This document shows, piece after piece, positions 13,635-25,067 of a stretch of 64,000 bases of DNA (position 1 is the stretch's first letter; each line of letters begins with the position of its first letter). The position numbers and the translations under genes were made by a program. Source of the DNA: Lama guanicoe (lineage: Eukaryota); assembly GCA_013239625.1 (NCBI GenBank), contig MU056029.1, forward strand, positions 248,001 to 312,000, written 5' to 3'. Under the pieces are notes generated by a model that did no database searches, was not told the DNA's origin, and worked only from the letters and a program-made list of their open reading frames with translations.

Positions 13635-14885
13635 TTGGCATTATTGAGGTGTAATTGACTGATATTCAACGGCATAGGTTTAAATTGTACAACTTGATAA
13701 GGCTGATAAAATAATAATCTCAATCAAAATAATGAATATATCCATCCACAAGAATTTCATGTTTCTAGGTAATTCCCTTCTGGCCTCTTCTGGCAACCAT
13801 TTCCTCCATCCCCAGGCCACCTCATTTCTTTTCATTACTGTAAAACTAATTTGTATTTTTTGGCATTTTACATAAATGACAACATATCTATTTTTTGCGG
13901 GGGTGGGGGTCTGGCTTTTATAATCAGCATAATCATTTTGAGATTTACCCACCTGGCTGTGTGCATCCGTAGCTCACTTACGGTTATTGCAGAGTGATAT
14001 TTTGTTGTCGGGATGCACAACAATTTTGTCTGTTCACCTCTTGGTGGACGTTCGGGTTATTTCCAACTTAGAGCTATTACAAATTAGCTCCTGTGAGTGT
14101 TTGTGGGAGCTTATGCTTTCATTGCTCTTGGGTAAATACCTAGAGGCTGGATTGCTGGGCCAGATGGCTGAGGCATGTTGAAGTTTTTAAGAATTAACCA
14201 AAATGTTTTCTAAAGTGGTTGCTTCATTTACCATTCTCATCAGCAGTGTAAGGAAGGTCCCAGTTGCTTCACAGCCTCCTCCACACTGGCTGTGATCAGG
14301 CCGCTCCGTTCTTGCTGCTCTGGCTGAGCATGTAGTGCCAGCTCCTGGTGCTCTTTGTTTGCATTTCCCTGCGACCTGTGACGCTGGGGAACTTTTCACG
14401 TGCTTTCTGGGCATTTGTGTGTCTCTGGTGGTGTGTTTGCTCAAATATTTTACTCATTTTTAACTGGGATGTTTGTCTTTTCTTGTTCAGTTATGAGAGT
14501 TTATGTATTTTAAATTAAAGTTTTTTGTTAGATACAGGTTTTGCAAAGACTTGGATAAACTTCATTTTTAAACTCTGAAGAGCAAATTCTTTTTGAAATT
14601 TTCAATAAGAACAACTGACTGATTTTTTATCTTTTATAGTTTGGGCTTTTGCATTATATCTAAGATCTTTCTCAAATCCACAGTCACTAAGATATTCTCT
14701 GTTTTTCTTCAAGAAGTGTTGTAGTTTGAGCTCTTACATTTAGGTCTAACATCCATTTTTAAAATTTTTGTATCTGATGTGTTAAGTGCCAAGGTTCACG
14801 GCTTTATTTTGATGCCCATCTGTTCCAGCACCACTTGTTGGAAAGACTCTCTTTTCCCTATTGAATTACTTTTTTGGTCAATCCA
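13635..14885 (-). mobile_element. Old L1M 3'/ORF2 fragment
   Basis: L1 motifs such as GGGTAAATACCTAGAGGCTGGATTGCTGG and TGTTCCAGCACCACTTGTTG. Confidence 0.8.
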
Positions 14886-14894
14886 TCTCAATCC

Positions 14895-16340
14895 ATGGAT
14901 GACTTCCACCCTTTGAACGATGGAATAGATGCACTGCACTGTGTTTCTCCTACAAAGGACAGCTTAAAAATTGGGAAAGATGACATAGTGGTTAGTGACC
15001 TGGGCTTTCTTTTTGCCTCAATATCCCAGACTGAAAACTGGACAGGCTGGCATCCCTGAAATACTGATTGTTACAGAACAACAGCAAGCAAAAGGATTAG
15101 AAAAGGGACATTCCTGCCAGATGAAAACCTTTCAGAAAATAGATACTGTACTGCAGCCATATACTGCAGGACCAGAGGTGAGGCCCACCCCTACCCTCAC
15201 CAGCAAAGACAAAATGGAGAATGTCCAGACTTCCCATTCGTGTTCCAACTCTTCTTCCTCTACCAGGGTGTTGTCAGAGGTGGCCACGTAGGGAGCCAGC
15301 TCAGCACCCACTACTCCAGTTGGCGAATGCAGCTGGATACCATGTAGGGAGCCTAGCCTCCACCTCCACTCATTCTGCCCTGCCCCGTTAGTGTGGCATC
15401 AGGAACAGCCTAGATAAGAGCCAGAACTTTCACCACTATTTAAGTGGTGTTAAGGCCACATCCATACATGGTTTCAGTGGAGGCCATAAGAGGGGCATAA
15501 CAAGATGTCCTACTCCTTCCCAGCTAGGGATGTATTAGTGGAGTTCTGGTAGGCATCTGGTACTCCCACAGATTCCCCACATTAAGGAGAGCTATCTCCT
15601 CAGGTGTCAGTGGAGGCCAAGTAGTAAATCTGGATTTTTCTCGCATCTGGCAGTAATGAGGTAGCAGCCACTCTTCCCCGGCTGGAGTGATGTCAAAGAA
15701 GCTAGTTAAAACAGAAAGTTCAAATAAGATCCACAGTTTTGTAACACAACAGCCAAATTATCTAAGAACCAGGAAGATTCCAAAAGCAGAATAAAGAGCA
15801 GACAGAAAAGAATGACAGAACAGAAGAAATTATCCAATATGAACAACATAGGCAAAATAGATTGAAAAAATAAAAAATATACAGAGCCTCAGGGACATGT
15901 GAGACTATAGGGGAAAACAGTTTAATATTCATGTCATTTGAACCCCAGAAGATGAAGATAATGTGGATGGCAATGAAAAACTATTGGAAGAATTTATAGC
16001 TGAAAAATTTCTAACCAGCAAAACCCACAAACACAGAGGTTCATAAAACTAAGAGAAACTCAAATAAGCTAAACTCAAATAAATCCACACCAAATCACAG
16101 CATAGTTGAAAAATAGAAACTGACATACAAGGGGAAAATCTTGACAGCAATCAGAGAGAAATGGTGCATACATGCAGGGGAAAAACAATTCAAATGACAG
16201 CAGACTTCTTTCACGTCAGAAGCCATGGAGGCCACAGAGAAGTGGCACAACATTTTCCCAATGATGAAATGATAAAAAATTGCAACCCAGAATTCTATAT
16301 CCAGTGAAAATATTCTGAAAAAAAGGGAAAATCATTCTCA
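14895..16340 (+). mobile_element. Old L1 5'UTR and ORF1 remnant
   Basis: ORF1-like segments (ACAGAGCCTCAGGGACATGTGAGAC; CAACCCAGAATTCTATATCCAGTGAAAATA). Confidence 0.65.
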
Positions 16341-16344
16341 TATG

Positions 16345-18035
16345 AATTAAAGAAGCCACTTCCATAACATAAAAGTGCAAAGTGAAGCATCAAGTGCTAA
16401 TGTAGAAGCTACAGCAGGTTACCTAGAAGACCCGGCTAAGATAACTAATGAAGGTGGGGACACTAAACAGACTTTCAGTGTAGATAAAGCAGCCTTATAT
16501 TGGAAGAAGATGCCATCTAGAACTTCCATAGCTAGAGAGGAGAAGTCAATGCCTGGCTTCAAATCTTCAAAGTATGGACTGACTCTCTTGTTAGGGACTA
16601 ATGCAGCTAGTGATGTGAGGTTGAAACCAACCCTCATTTACCATTCTGAAAACCCTAGGGCCCTTAAGAATTGTGCCAAATCTACTCTGCTAACCCTGCC
16701 TGTACTCTCTAAATGGAAGAGATATGCCAGGATAACAGCACATCTGTTTGCAACAAGGTTGACCAAATATTTTAAGCCCACCGTTGAGATGTACCACTCA
16801 GAAAAAAAGATTTCTTTCAAAATACTGCTGCTCATTGACAATGCACCTAGTCACCCAAGAGCTCAGAGCTGGAGATGTGCAAGATTAATGTTGTTTTCGT
16901 GCCTGCTAACACAACATCCATTCTGCAGCCCACAGATAAAAAAGTAGTTTCATTCTTGTAACAACATAAAATGGAAAAGAACCTGAAAATTAAAAAAAAA
17001 TGTATGTATGTATGTATATGTATAAATGAATTGCTTTGCTGTACACCTGAAATCAATATTGTAAATCAACTACACTTCAATAAAAATTTTTTTAAATTTA
17101 TAAAGTAATTTCAACTTTCAAGTCTTATTATTTGAGAAATATATTTTTGTAAGGCTGTATCTGCTATAGATAGTGATTCTTCCAATGGAGCTGGTTGAAG
17201 TCCATTGAAAGCCTTCTAGAAAGGATTCACCATTCTAGAAGCCATTAAGAACATCTGTGATTTACAGGAAGGGGTCAAAATATCAACATTAACAGGAGTT
17301 TGGAAGAAGCTGATTCCAAACCTTATGGATGACTTTGAGGGGTTCAAGACTTCAGTGGAGGAAGTCACTGCAGATGTGGTGGAAACAGCTAGAGAACTAG
17401 AATCAGAGGTGGAACCTGAAGATGTAACTGAATTCATACCCCTATGGTAAAACTTTAATGAATGAGGAGTTGCTTTGATGATGAGCAAAGAACAGTGGTT
17501 TCTTGAAATAAAATTTACTCCTGATGAAGGTGCTGTGAAATTGATGAAATGACTACAAAAGATTTCAAATATTACCTAAACTTTGTTGATAAAGCAGAAG
17601 CAGAGTTTGAGAAGATTGACTCCAATTTTGAAAGAAGTTGTATTGTAGGTAAAATGTCATCAAACAGCATGGCATGTTGCAAAGAAATCATTTGGGAAAG
17701 GAAAAGTCAATTGATGCAGCAAACTTCATTGCTCTTATTTTAAGAAATTGTCACATCCACTGAACCCTTTAGCCACCACCACCCTGATCAGTCAGCAGCC
17801 ATCAACATCAAGGCAAAATCCTCCACCAGCGAAAAAGATTACAACTTGCTTAAGGCTCAGATGATGGCTAGCAATTTTTTAGACGTAACATTATTTTTAA
17901 ATTAAAATATGTACTTCCTTTTTTTTAGACACAATGCTGTTGTGAACTTAACAGACTACAGAACAAGACAAACACAACTCTTCTGTGCACTGGAAAACAA
18001 CAACATTTGGGTGACTGGCTTTGTTGTGATATTTT
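16345..18035 (+). mobile_element. Tigger1 (TcMar/pogo) DNA transposon, 5'-truncated, with decayed DDE transposase
   Basis: ORF 16375-16947 translates as Tigger1 transposase ([11 protein letters not shown]...[13 protein letters not shown]...[13 protein letters not shown]). It is frameshifted and interrupted by an L1. Confidence 0.9.
16953..17101 (+). mobile_element. Short L1 3' end nested in Tigger1
   Basis: TSD AAAGTAGTTTCA (16941-16952) / AAAGTAATTTCA (17102-17113). Confidence 0.8.
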
Positions 18036-18039
18036 GAAA

Positions 18040-18468
18040 CTAGGACTTTGCGCCTGTGATTAAGTTAAAGAATTCAAAAGGAAGAGATAATACTAGATGA
18101 TCACAGGTAGATCCCAGGTCCTTAGAAATCATCTATCAGGCATCCTTATGGAGAAAAGAGGAGAAGATGCTCACACAGAGACGACGACGCAGAAGAGAGA
18201 GGGCACTGTGACCGTGGAGGCAGAGACTGGAGTGCTGCAGGCACGGGCTAAGGAATGCTGGCAGCCTTCAGAAACTAGAAGAGGCAAGAAATGGGATTCT
18301 TTCCTGGAGCCTCAGCATCCAGCCAACACCTTGACTTTGGCCCAGTGATACTGATTTAGGACTTCTGACCTCGGCAAAATCCTAGGAACTGTGAGAGAAT
18401 AAATTTCTGTTGTTTTAAGCCACCGAATTTGTAGTAATTTCTTATGGCAGCCACAGGAATCTGATACA
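18040..18468 (+). mobile_element. MLT1 LTR
   Basis: Ends GAGAATAAATTTCTGTTGTTTTAAGCCACC...GGCAGCCACAGGAATCTGATACA. Confidence 0.85.
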
Positions 18469-18489
18469 GCAGACTTAAACCTTTTTTCA

Positions 18490-20450
18490 AATTTGAGACA
18501 TTATCAGACATTAATTACTTCTTTGAGTGCTTTTCAGCCCTGCTCTCTTTCTCTCCTCTTCTGGGACTTTAGTAATTTCAATGTTGGCTCTGTTTATTAC
18601 TATGTCACAATTCCTTGAGTCTCTATTCCTTCTTTTTTCAGCCTGTTTTGTTTTATTTTATTATTATATTTTTTATGTATAGACAGTTTTTATTCTAGCA
18701 TATGCTCTGAAGAAGATGGTCTGTTTATTATCATCAAGGATATTTGTTACTTTCATGATTTTTTTTCCCCTTCTTTCAAAGGAGTTGGTACCTTCGGGTT
18801 GTGCTGTGTTGTGTGTGTGTGCCTCTTGACATTATCTGTAAAGTCCTTGCAATTTAATTCATTTTAAATTTCCATAACATTTACTATTTTTTAAATTTTG
18901 TATTTCATTCATCTCTCACTGTATCCATGAATCAACAGAAAATTAATTTAATTTCTAATCTTTTATACATGGGTTAGGGAACTTCACTCTATTTTCCCTT
19001 CAGATTTTTAAAAAATATTCTTATTTGTTTATTCTACATGTCAATGGAATTTTTACCTGCACAGCACAAACATGTGGTACTAGTATAGAAGTCAAAATCA
19101 ATTCATAAACTGATTAAAGTGTTGTTGATTTCCTGATACTGTTAAATGTTCCTACTTAAACTAGCAGTGTTATTATTTTTGATTTGTACAAACCTTATTT
19201 CACTGTTTTCAGAAATATTTACCCTTATTCCTTTTTACTGGATTTGTAAAATATGGCTTTCTCTAGAATTCTGTCAGTCGTTTTTTTACATCTCAGTCTA
19301 TTTCAGCCTGATTCAGCTTGGGTTAATTCTACTAATCTGTCCTCTAGTTCATTGCGTCTGTCTTCTATCATCTTCAGTCTACTACCAAGTTTATTCAATT
19401 AGTTTGTCATTTCAGTTATTATATTATTCAGTTCTGTAATTTGCACCTGGCTCTTTAAAAATAACTATGAGTTCTTTTCTGCAGCTTTCTATTTGTTTCA
19501 GTTTGTTCCAAGAGAATTAGCAATTGCTTATTAAAGCATCTTCATGATGCCTGCTTTAAAACTCTTGTCAGCGAATTCCAGCATTTGATCCACGTTGGTG
19601 TTGGTCTGCTGCTGGCCTTTTCTCATTGACGTCAGGATTTTCTCAGTTCTGAGTTTGATGCACGATTTTCACTTGTATGCCAGCCTTTTGGGATAGGAGA
19701 CTTTGAGTCCTATTTAATTATTTTTTCAGCAGGCATCTGCCCGTGGAGGTGCAGCACAAAGTCTCGCTGGGCGTGTGCGTTCATCTTTCCACTGAGCCCT
19801 GCCAATGCTGAACCACGAAAGCAGAGCATGCTGAGTCACCTGCCTCCTTGCAGAGGTAGCAGGGAGTGTTCAGCCTTCCCTCCGCCGTTAACCCCTTCTG
19901 CATGAAAATCTGGTGCTAACTCACACCATCATATTGCCTCCAAGTTGGAGGGGGTAAGCTCAGCTCCTGGCCATACCCTGCTGTCCCCAGGGAAGGGAAG
20001 CAGAGGGCTGACTCATACTGTTGGGGTAGAGACAGCTTATCCTGAAGAGGCTGTTGTGGGGGAAATTGGTGTCCCACCTGCATCCCTGGGCAAGGAAAGG
20101 ACAGTGAGCTCACCCCTCAGCCCCAGGACAGGAAGATTGCCACCTGCTCCACAGTGCAGGGAGTGGGTGGAAAATCAACTGGAACCAGGGAGGGAGCGGT
20201 TCTTTCCCTTGGCATTTGACTGAAGGAGGGTGGGTATTGCCAACAGGTTTTCTATCCTTATCTCAGCCTCCCTGGCTGTCAGCCTAGAGGGCCAGACTGC
20301 TCAAGGCCCTCTGTACCTGTGCCGGCAGTGATCCGGGAGGAGGCTCTGTGGTCCCAGCAGGGTTCTGGGAATCAACACCACATGTGTGGTCCTAGGTCTC
20401 TACGCAGCTCCACTCCTTTTCCCCACTGCCAGCCCTCCCAGGTGCAGTTG
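18490..20450 (-). mobile_element. Degraded ancient L1 (ORF1/5' region) fragments
   Basis: T-rich L1-like segments. Boundaries are approximate. Confidence 0.5.
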
Positions 20451-20960
20451 TTGGGTTACACCCAGGGGTTTGTAGTTGTGAGGGGAAGACCTGGGCAGGA
20501 TGGGGCTGCTCTGCTTTGGTGGGCCCGGAAGGAATCACAGGCTGTGACCGGGGCAGTAGCACAGGGCCTACCCTCAGGTTAAAGCTCTGCTGTCACCAGC
20601 TCGAAAGTCTTAACCATTGTTGACTGAAGGGGGTGTCTGCACAGGGCTCCCGCAGATTACGAGGCTGGATGGACAGTCTGTGTTTTCATCCATCACAGCG
20701 GTCTGTCTTTAACTGGAAGCCTGCCCATGTCTTTCAAACACTCATCTCTCTGGATAGCAATAACCCCTTCCTCGGTCTTTTACTCCTGAAACTTTTGGAG
20801 AATAGAAAATACAAAATGTTTTGCCATTTTATCTCCAAAGTCTGGCCAGAGCCTTCCACACAGTCCAGCCTCAATACGTAGCTGTATGTATAAATAAAGG
20901 CCCCTTGGCATCTTTATCTGCTAGCTCTTACCCAGCCTGGATTCCATAACTGTGCATGCG

Positions 20961-20961
<1 letters not shown>

Positions 20962-21007
<46 letters not shown>
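20962..21007. repeat. (AC)n microsatellite upstream of the CpG island
   Basis: Read directly. Confidence 0.95.
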
Positions 21008-21009
<2 letters not shown>

Positions 21010-21549
21010 TCCTCTGACTTCTAGGTCCTTAGACCTACTAATATAGTATCTAAAAATAAAATTTGTCTTGCTGGAAATACAAAATAAAACCCTTTAATTC
21101 TCAATCTATGCCCCCAAAGAACTACTGGGTAGATAATGTAAAACGGTAGCAAATTCACAAAACGTTTCCAAGTGACTTTAGAGTACATGACACAATTTGG
21201 TTTTATTTGCCTAATTATATTTGACTTGGATTGCTAAAATAAAGTTTCCACAGCAGACCACACCCTAAAAGGTGGTGTGTGGAGCCCCAGCAGACCATAC
21301 CCTAAAAGGTCGGTGTGTTAGGCTGGGGCAGAGCTGGGCCTGGATCTGAGTTCTGGGAAGACGCCCTGCAGAGACAGGACTGGGGGTTTGGGAGGTTGCT
21401 CCCACCACATCAAAGGTCTGAAAGCGGCTTCCAGGTGGGTCTAGGGGTCCCTGACCCTGCCAGGAGGAGTAAAGTTGGTAGAGTGAAAACAATGGAGTCC
21501 CTTGGCTTGGGAGGATAAGACCCCTAGTGCTGACTCTTTCTGGAAATGC

Positions 21550-22160
21550 CTGCTCCTGGTCCTCGCCGAACTGCAGGGCAGGGCAGCCGCGACCCCAGCT
21601 CCGGCTCCGGCTGGGGAGAGCCCTTCCTCGCCCCGGCACCCCTCCCTCTTGGTCTGATAAAAACCACTGTAAGAGGGAATGATGGTGCTATTGACCTGCT
21701 TAGGCACACTTGCGCGTTCACCGGGACCGGAGGGAGGCAGACAGAGCAGCAGCAGGAGCGTCCCCTGGACAGGGAGGGTCTGCGGTCCCCGGGGTGTCCG
21801 TGGGACGCCCGCGGAGACGCGCTCTGAGTCACCGGCACATCTGCACGGTCTGCAGCGCGGCTCCAGCTGGCCGGGGAGGCTAAAAATAGCAGCGCAGCGG
21901 GGAGGAGGCTGCGGGACTCGGAGGCGCCTGCGGGACTCGGAGGCGCAGGGACGGGGGCGGGGCGGTGGAGGGGGCGGGGCTGCCCGGCCGGGGCGCCGGG
22001 ACTCAGCCCCCGAGAAGACAGAAGGGCCGCGGGGCAGGTACGTCCCGGGCGGGCTGGAGCAAGGCCAGCATCGCCGGGGACCGTGCTCGCGACCCGCCCT
22101 TTGTTTCTGGGCTCTCTGTAGACAAACCAGCCTTGTCAGCGTCAAGGCAGGCAATCCGGA
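21550..22160 (+). promoter_or_regulatory. CpG-island promoter
   Basis: Very high GC and CpG density. AP-1 TGAGTCA 21825-21831, E-boxes CATCTG 21838 and CAGCTG 21864, MEF2 CTAAAAATAG 21880-21889, GGGGCGGGG boxes. Confidence 0.88.
21910..22037 (+). other. Probable non-coding first exon of an unidentified gene
   Basis: Donor GCAG/GTACGT (GT at 22038) near the 3' edge of the island. No ATG in the exon. TSS position is inferred. Confidence 0.6.
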
Positions 22161-22688
22161 GCCCTCCATTCTGGGTGTTACAAGCCTAATACGCTGCTCT
22201 TTTGAGATGATTCTGGGTTTATGGATCTCGAAATTCTTCTGAAAAGAATAATACCAGAAGAGCAGAGCAGCCCCCATCTGACTTCTGAGAAGCGCTAAGG
22301 ACCCTTTAAGCACACACAGGGCTCCCCCAAAGACAGTGGGATTTAAATGTTTACTGGATGCCGAGTGAGATGAGAGAACACAGCCCGAGCAGTGATGCCT
22401 CTGCCCCTTTAAGAAAGCGTGTGAGTGCGGAGGCGCATCTTTTATTTAGGATAGCTTGTCTGCCTTTTAGGGCATTCCGGGATGTGTTGGGATTTTGTGT
22501 TATTTTTGGAAGAGGGGCAATCTGAGAGAACGCCCCCTGAATAGTGGAGACCGGGGGTGGGGGGACGGGGGGTGCGCGCGCGCGCGTTCATGCATGACAA
22601 TCAGAGCTGGAGCAGAGGATTCTAGGTTTACTTGCAGCTCCCAAATTCTGTGGCTCTGAGCCACATGTTCACATGAGTGATTTCAAAC

Positions 22689-23827
22689 TGAGAGACCGAA
22701 TATACAAAGGGACAAGGACCAGATAAGATATAAAAATAGAGCTTGGCCCCACCGCTGGCAGCAACCTAACCCAGCCCTCTGGTCTCCCATAAACATCCCA
22801 GAAGCAGCCTGTTGTCAGTTGGTCAGACTTGCAGGAAGCCAGACTGCCATCTCTAGTCGCTATGACAATCCAGAAGGCTAAACAACCATTTCTGTGACAA
22901 TCAGCTAAAATTCACCAAGACTTGATGAACAACTGACAGCTGCCCCATTTTTTGCTCCCATTCCAATTTAGAGCTGTTGCCAGAGAATAAATTCTCGTTT
23001 CTTCGCAGAAAGAATTCAGAGACAAGACACGGAGGTCAAGAAACTAAAGTAAGGAGAGCTCAACCAGACTTAGCTGAGCAGCCATGCTGAGTTTCTTTGG
23101 CAAGCTGGTTATATGAGGTGTAAAAATGAGTGGGCGGAATGTTCATTGGAGACCGTGGGGTTTGGCATAGTATTTCCTTTTATCTATTACAGCTCCGCCT
23201 TCTTGAGAGGAGGAGTGGTTTCTGTCCTTCTTTAGATTTGATCGGAAGTGTCATGGTGTCAGTGCATGATGGGTACTTCTAATTTGCAGGGCTAATTTTA
23301 TTGGAATGAGGGCCTAATCAGCAAAAGGTTACATTTGGATGCTGGAGATTCTTGCCTTTTCCCACCTTTCTTTGCCTACCTCCAGCACACTGGTCACCCC
23401 AAAATGCATGGTCTCTTATCAGTCTGGAGGTTCCTGCTTTTCTGTCTGCCCAAGGACCCCCATTGTTCATAAGATGTATGGTTTCCTGCCATTTGGCCCC
23501 ATGCCCCTCTTTGTCTGCCCACATCTAGCATCTGCCTGCTCTAACATTACCACCCAGAGAAAACCAAACATGCACCCCTACCAAACACATAGGAAACCCC
23601 ACTTCCAGTGAGCCCACCTCCAGCCTCCCCGAGCTGGTAGACTGCGATCAGGGCACCCTTGAAGCCCTCTCTTTTTCCATTATCAAGCTTTCCTCCTCCT
23701 CTGCCTGCCTGCCTTTGAGTCTCTGTCAAGCTCGAGTTGTGGTGACTGACTGACTCCCTTGCTCTAGCAAGCTCTGAATAAACAGTCTTTGCTTTTCTCA
23801 TTTGGTTCGTCTTCATTTATTTTCACA
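22689..23827 (+). mobile_element. Older ERV1-type LTR, split by a family A LTR
   Basis: TGAGAGACCGAA...TTTTCACA termini, AATAAA near 23778, near-TSD AAAC/AAGC. Confidence 0.7.
22975..23546 (-). mobile_element. ERV1-class solo LTR, family A copy 2
   Basis: TGTTGCCAG...CTCTAACA. Carries the family 19-mer GTGCATGATGGGTACTTCT at 23262-23280. Confidence 0.88.
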
Positions 23828-24916
23828 AAGCCTGAAGCTGGGACACAGCCATCATTTGGTGTTCTGACCCATCCTGCATGAAGTCGGTCCTGCCCACCTC
23901 CCTCCTGCTTGTCCGTGGCCAGAGTGTACTCATCTCAGCCCCCACGTGCAACGGGAAAGGCTTTTCTCCCAGTAGGACCCTTGCACCTAGTTTCTGGTCT
24001 TACTTGGCATAACCTGTGGGTGTGTGTGGTATGAAGCCACATATTTCTCTCACTGATTTGTCATGAGGGATATAATTCTGATGGGTATGTGAAAGGCAAC
24101 AAAAAGTTACTTGCCTGCCAACCTTTAGTTAGAAGCCCCTGCTGTCTGCCAAACACAGGATTGGGTACAAGACGAATGATCTCTCTGCCCCACCATCACA
24201 TTTAGGGTGTTCACAGCCTCTAAGGGCTTATGGGTGTGTTAACAAATTGTTAGATCTCAGCTTCCCAGGAGCATGGACAGAGGGCACGGAGGACCCTTGG
24301 GGAGTCATCAAAGGCTTCTCCAAGGGAGTGATGCTTGTGTGAGATCTCAGAGGACGCTCAGAAAGGTGACTGAGAAAAGTCGTCTTGTGAGAAATGAAAT
24401 CTGGCATTCATACGACAGTTTCTTTCTCAACTTGTCTTGCCTTTAATTAAGATTACAAATAAATACTCCAAGCTTGGTGGGCTCAGGGAGAGGGGGAAGA
24501 TCTGTAATCTAGGGCAGCCCAGGACAAAGGACCTTTCTCTGCCAGAACAGACCCTCTTCTGGAGACCCTGATGAAAGTCAGGGGTGGGCCCAGGGATTCC
24601 AGGGTTTGGAGATCCTGCCCTGGATGGAGAAGCTTAATGGAGGCGGGATAAGCAGCAATGGGCTTTCGGGGTTTCCCCCAGGTAAGGGGGAGCTTTAAGA
24701 GGTGAGGGAGCAGATTCAAGCTGCAGGGTGGGACCCAGAAGCTAAAGGAGGGAGACATGGAAACAGTGATGACAGTAGGCCAGCAGAGATCCAGCATCTC
24801 AGGCCCCCTGAGAGCCCCACACACGTGCCCCCACCGTGGTCAGGTGCAGCCTTTCTAGCCCTTTATTCTGGGGGGACGTGCAAATGTGGAGCGCCTCCTT
24901 CACGATCGCATTCTCA

Positions 24917-25067
24917 GATTTTTAAAAAAATTTTTTGAGAGGAAAGTACTTAGGCTTATTTATTTATCTATTGTACTTATTTCTTTAATGGAGGCACTGG
25001 AGATGGAACCCAGGACCCTGTGCATGCTAAGCATGCGCTCTACCACTGAGCTATACCCTTCTCCCTT
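24917..25067 (-). mobile_element. Camelid tRNA-derived SINE (Vic-1 type)
   Basis: Reverse of GGGTATAGCTCAGTGGTAGAGCGCATGCTTAGCATGCAC...; TSD CATTCTCA. Confidence 0.85.

Noticed and set aside
16375..16947. 190-codon transposase ORF as a domesticated TIGD-like gene
   Set aside because: It has no ATG start, lacks the N-terminal DNA-binding domain, is frameshifted, and is interrupted by an L1. It is an ordinary Tigger1 fossil.
21441..22313. Long ORFs (290 aa on -, 187 aa on +) over the CpG island
   Set aside because: Stop-poor GC-rich sequence gives low-complexity Pro/Arg/Gly frames with no recognisable domain.
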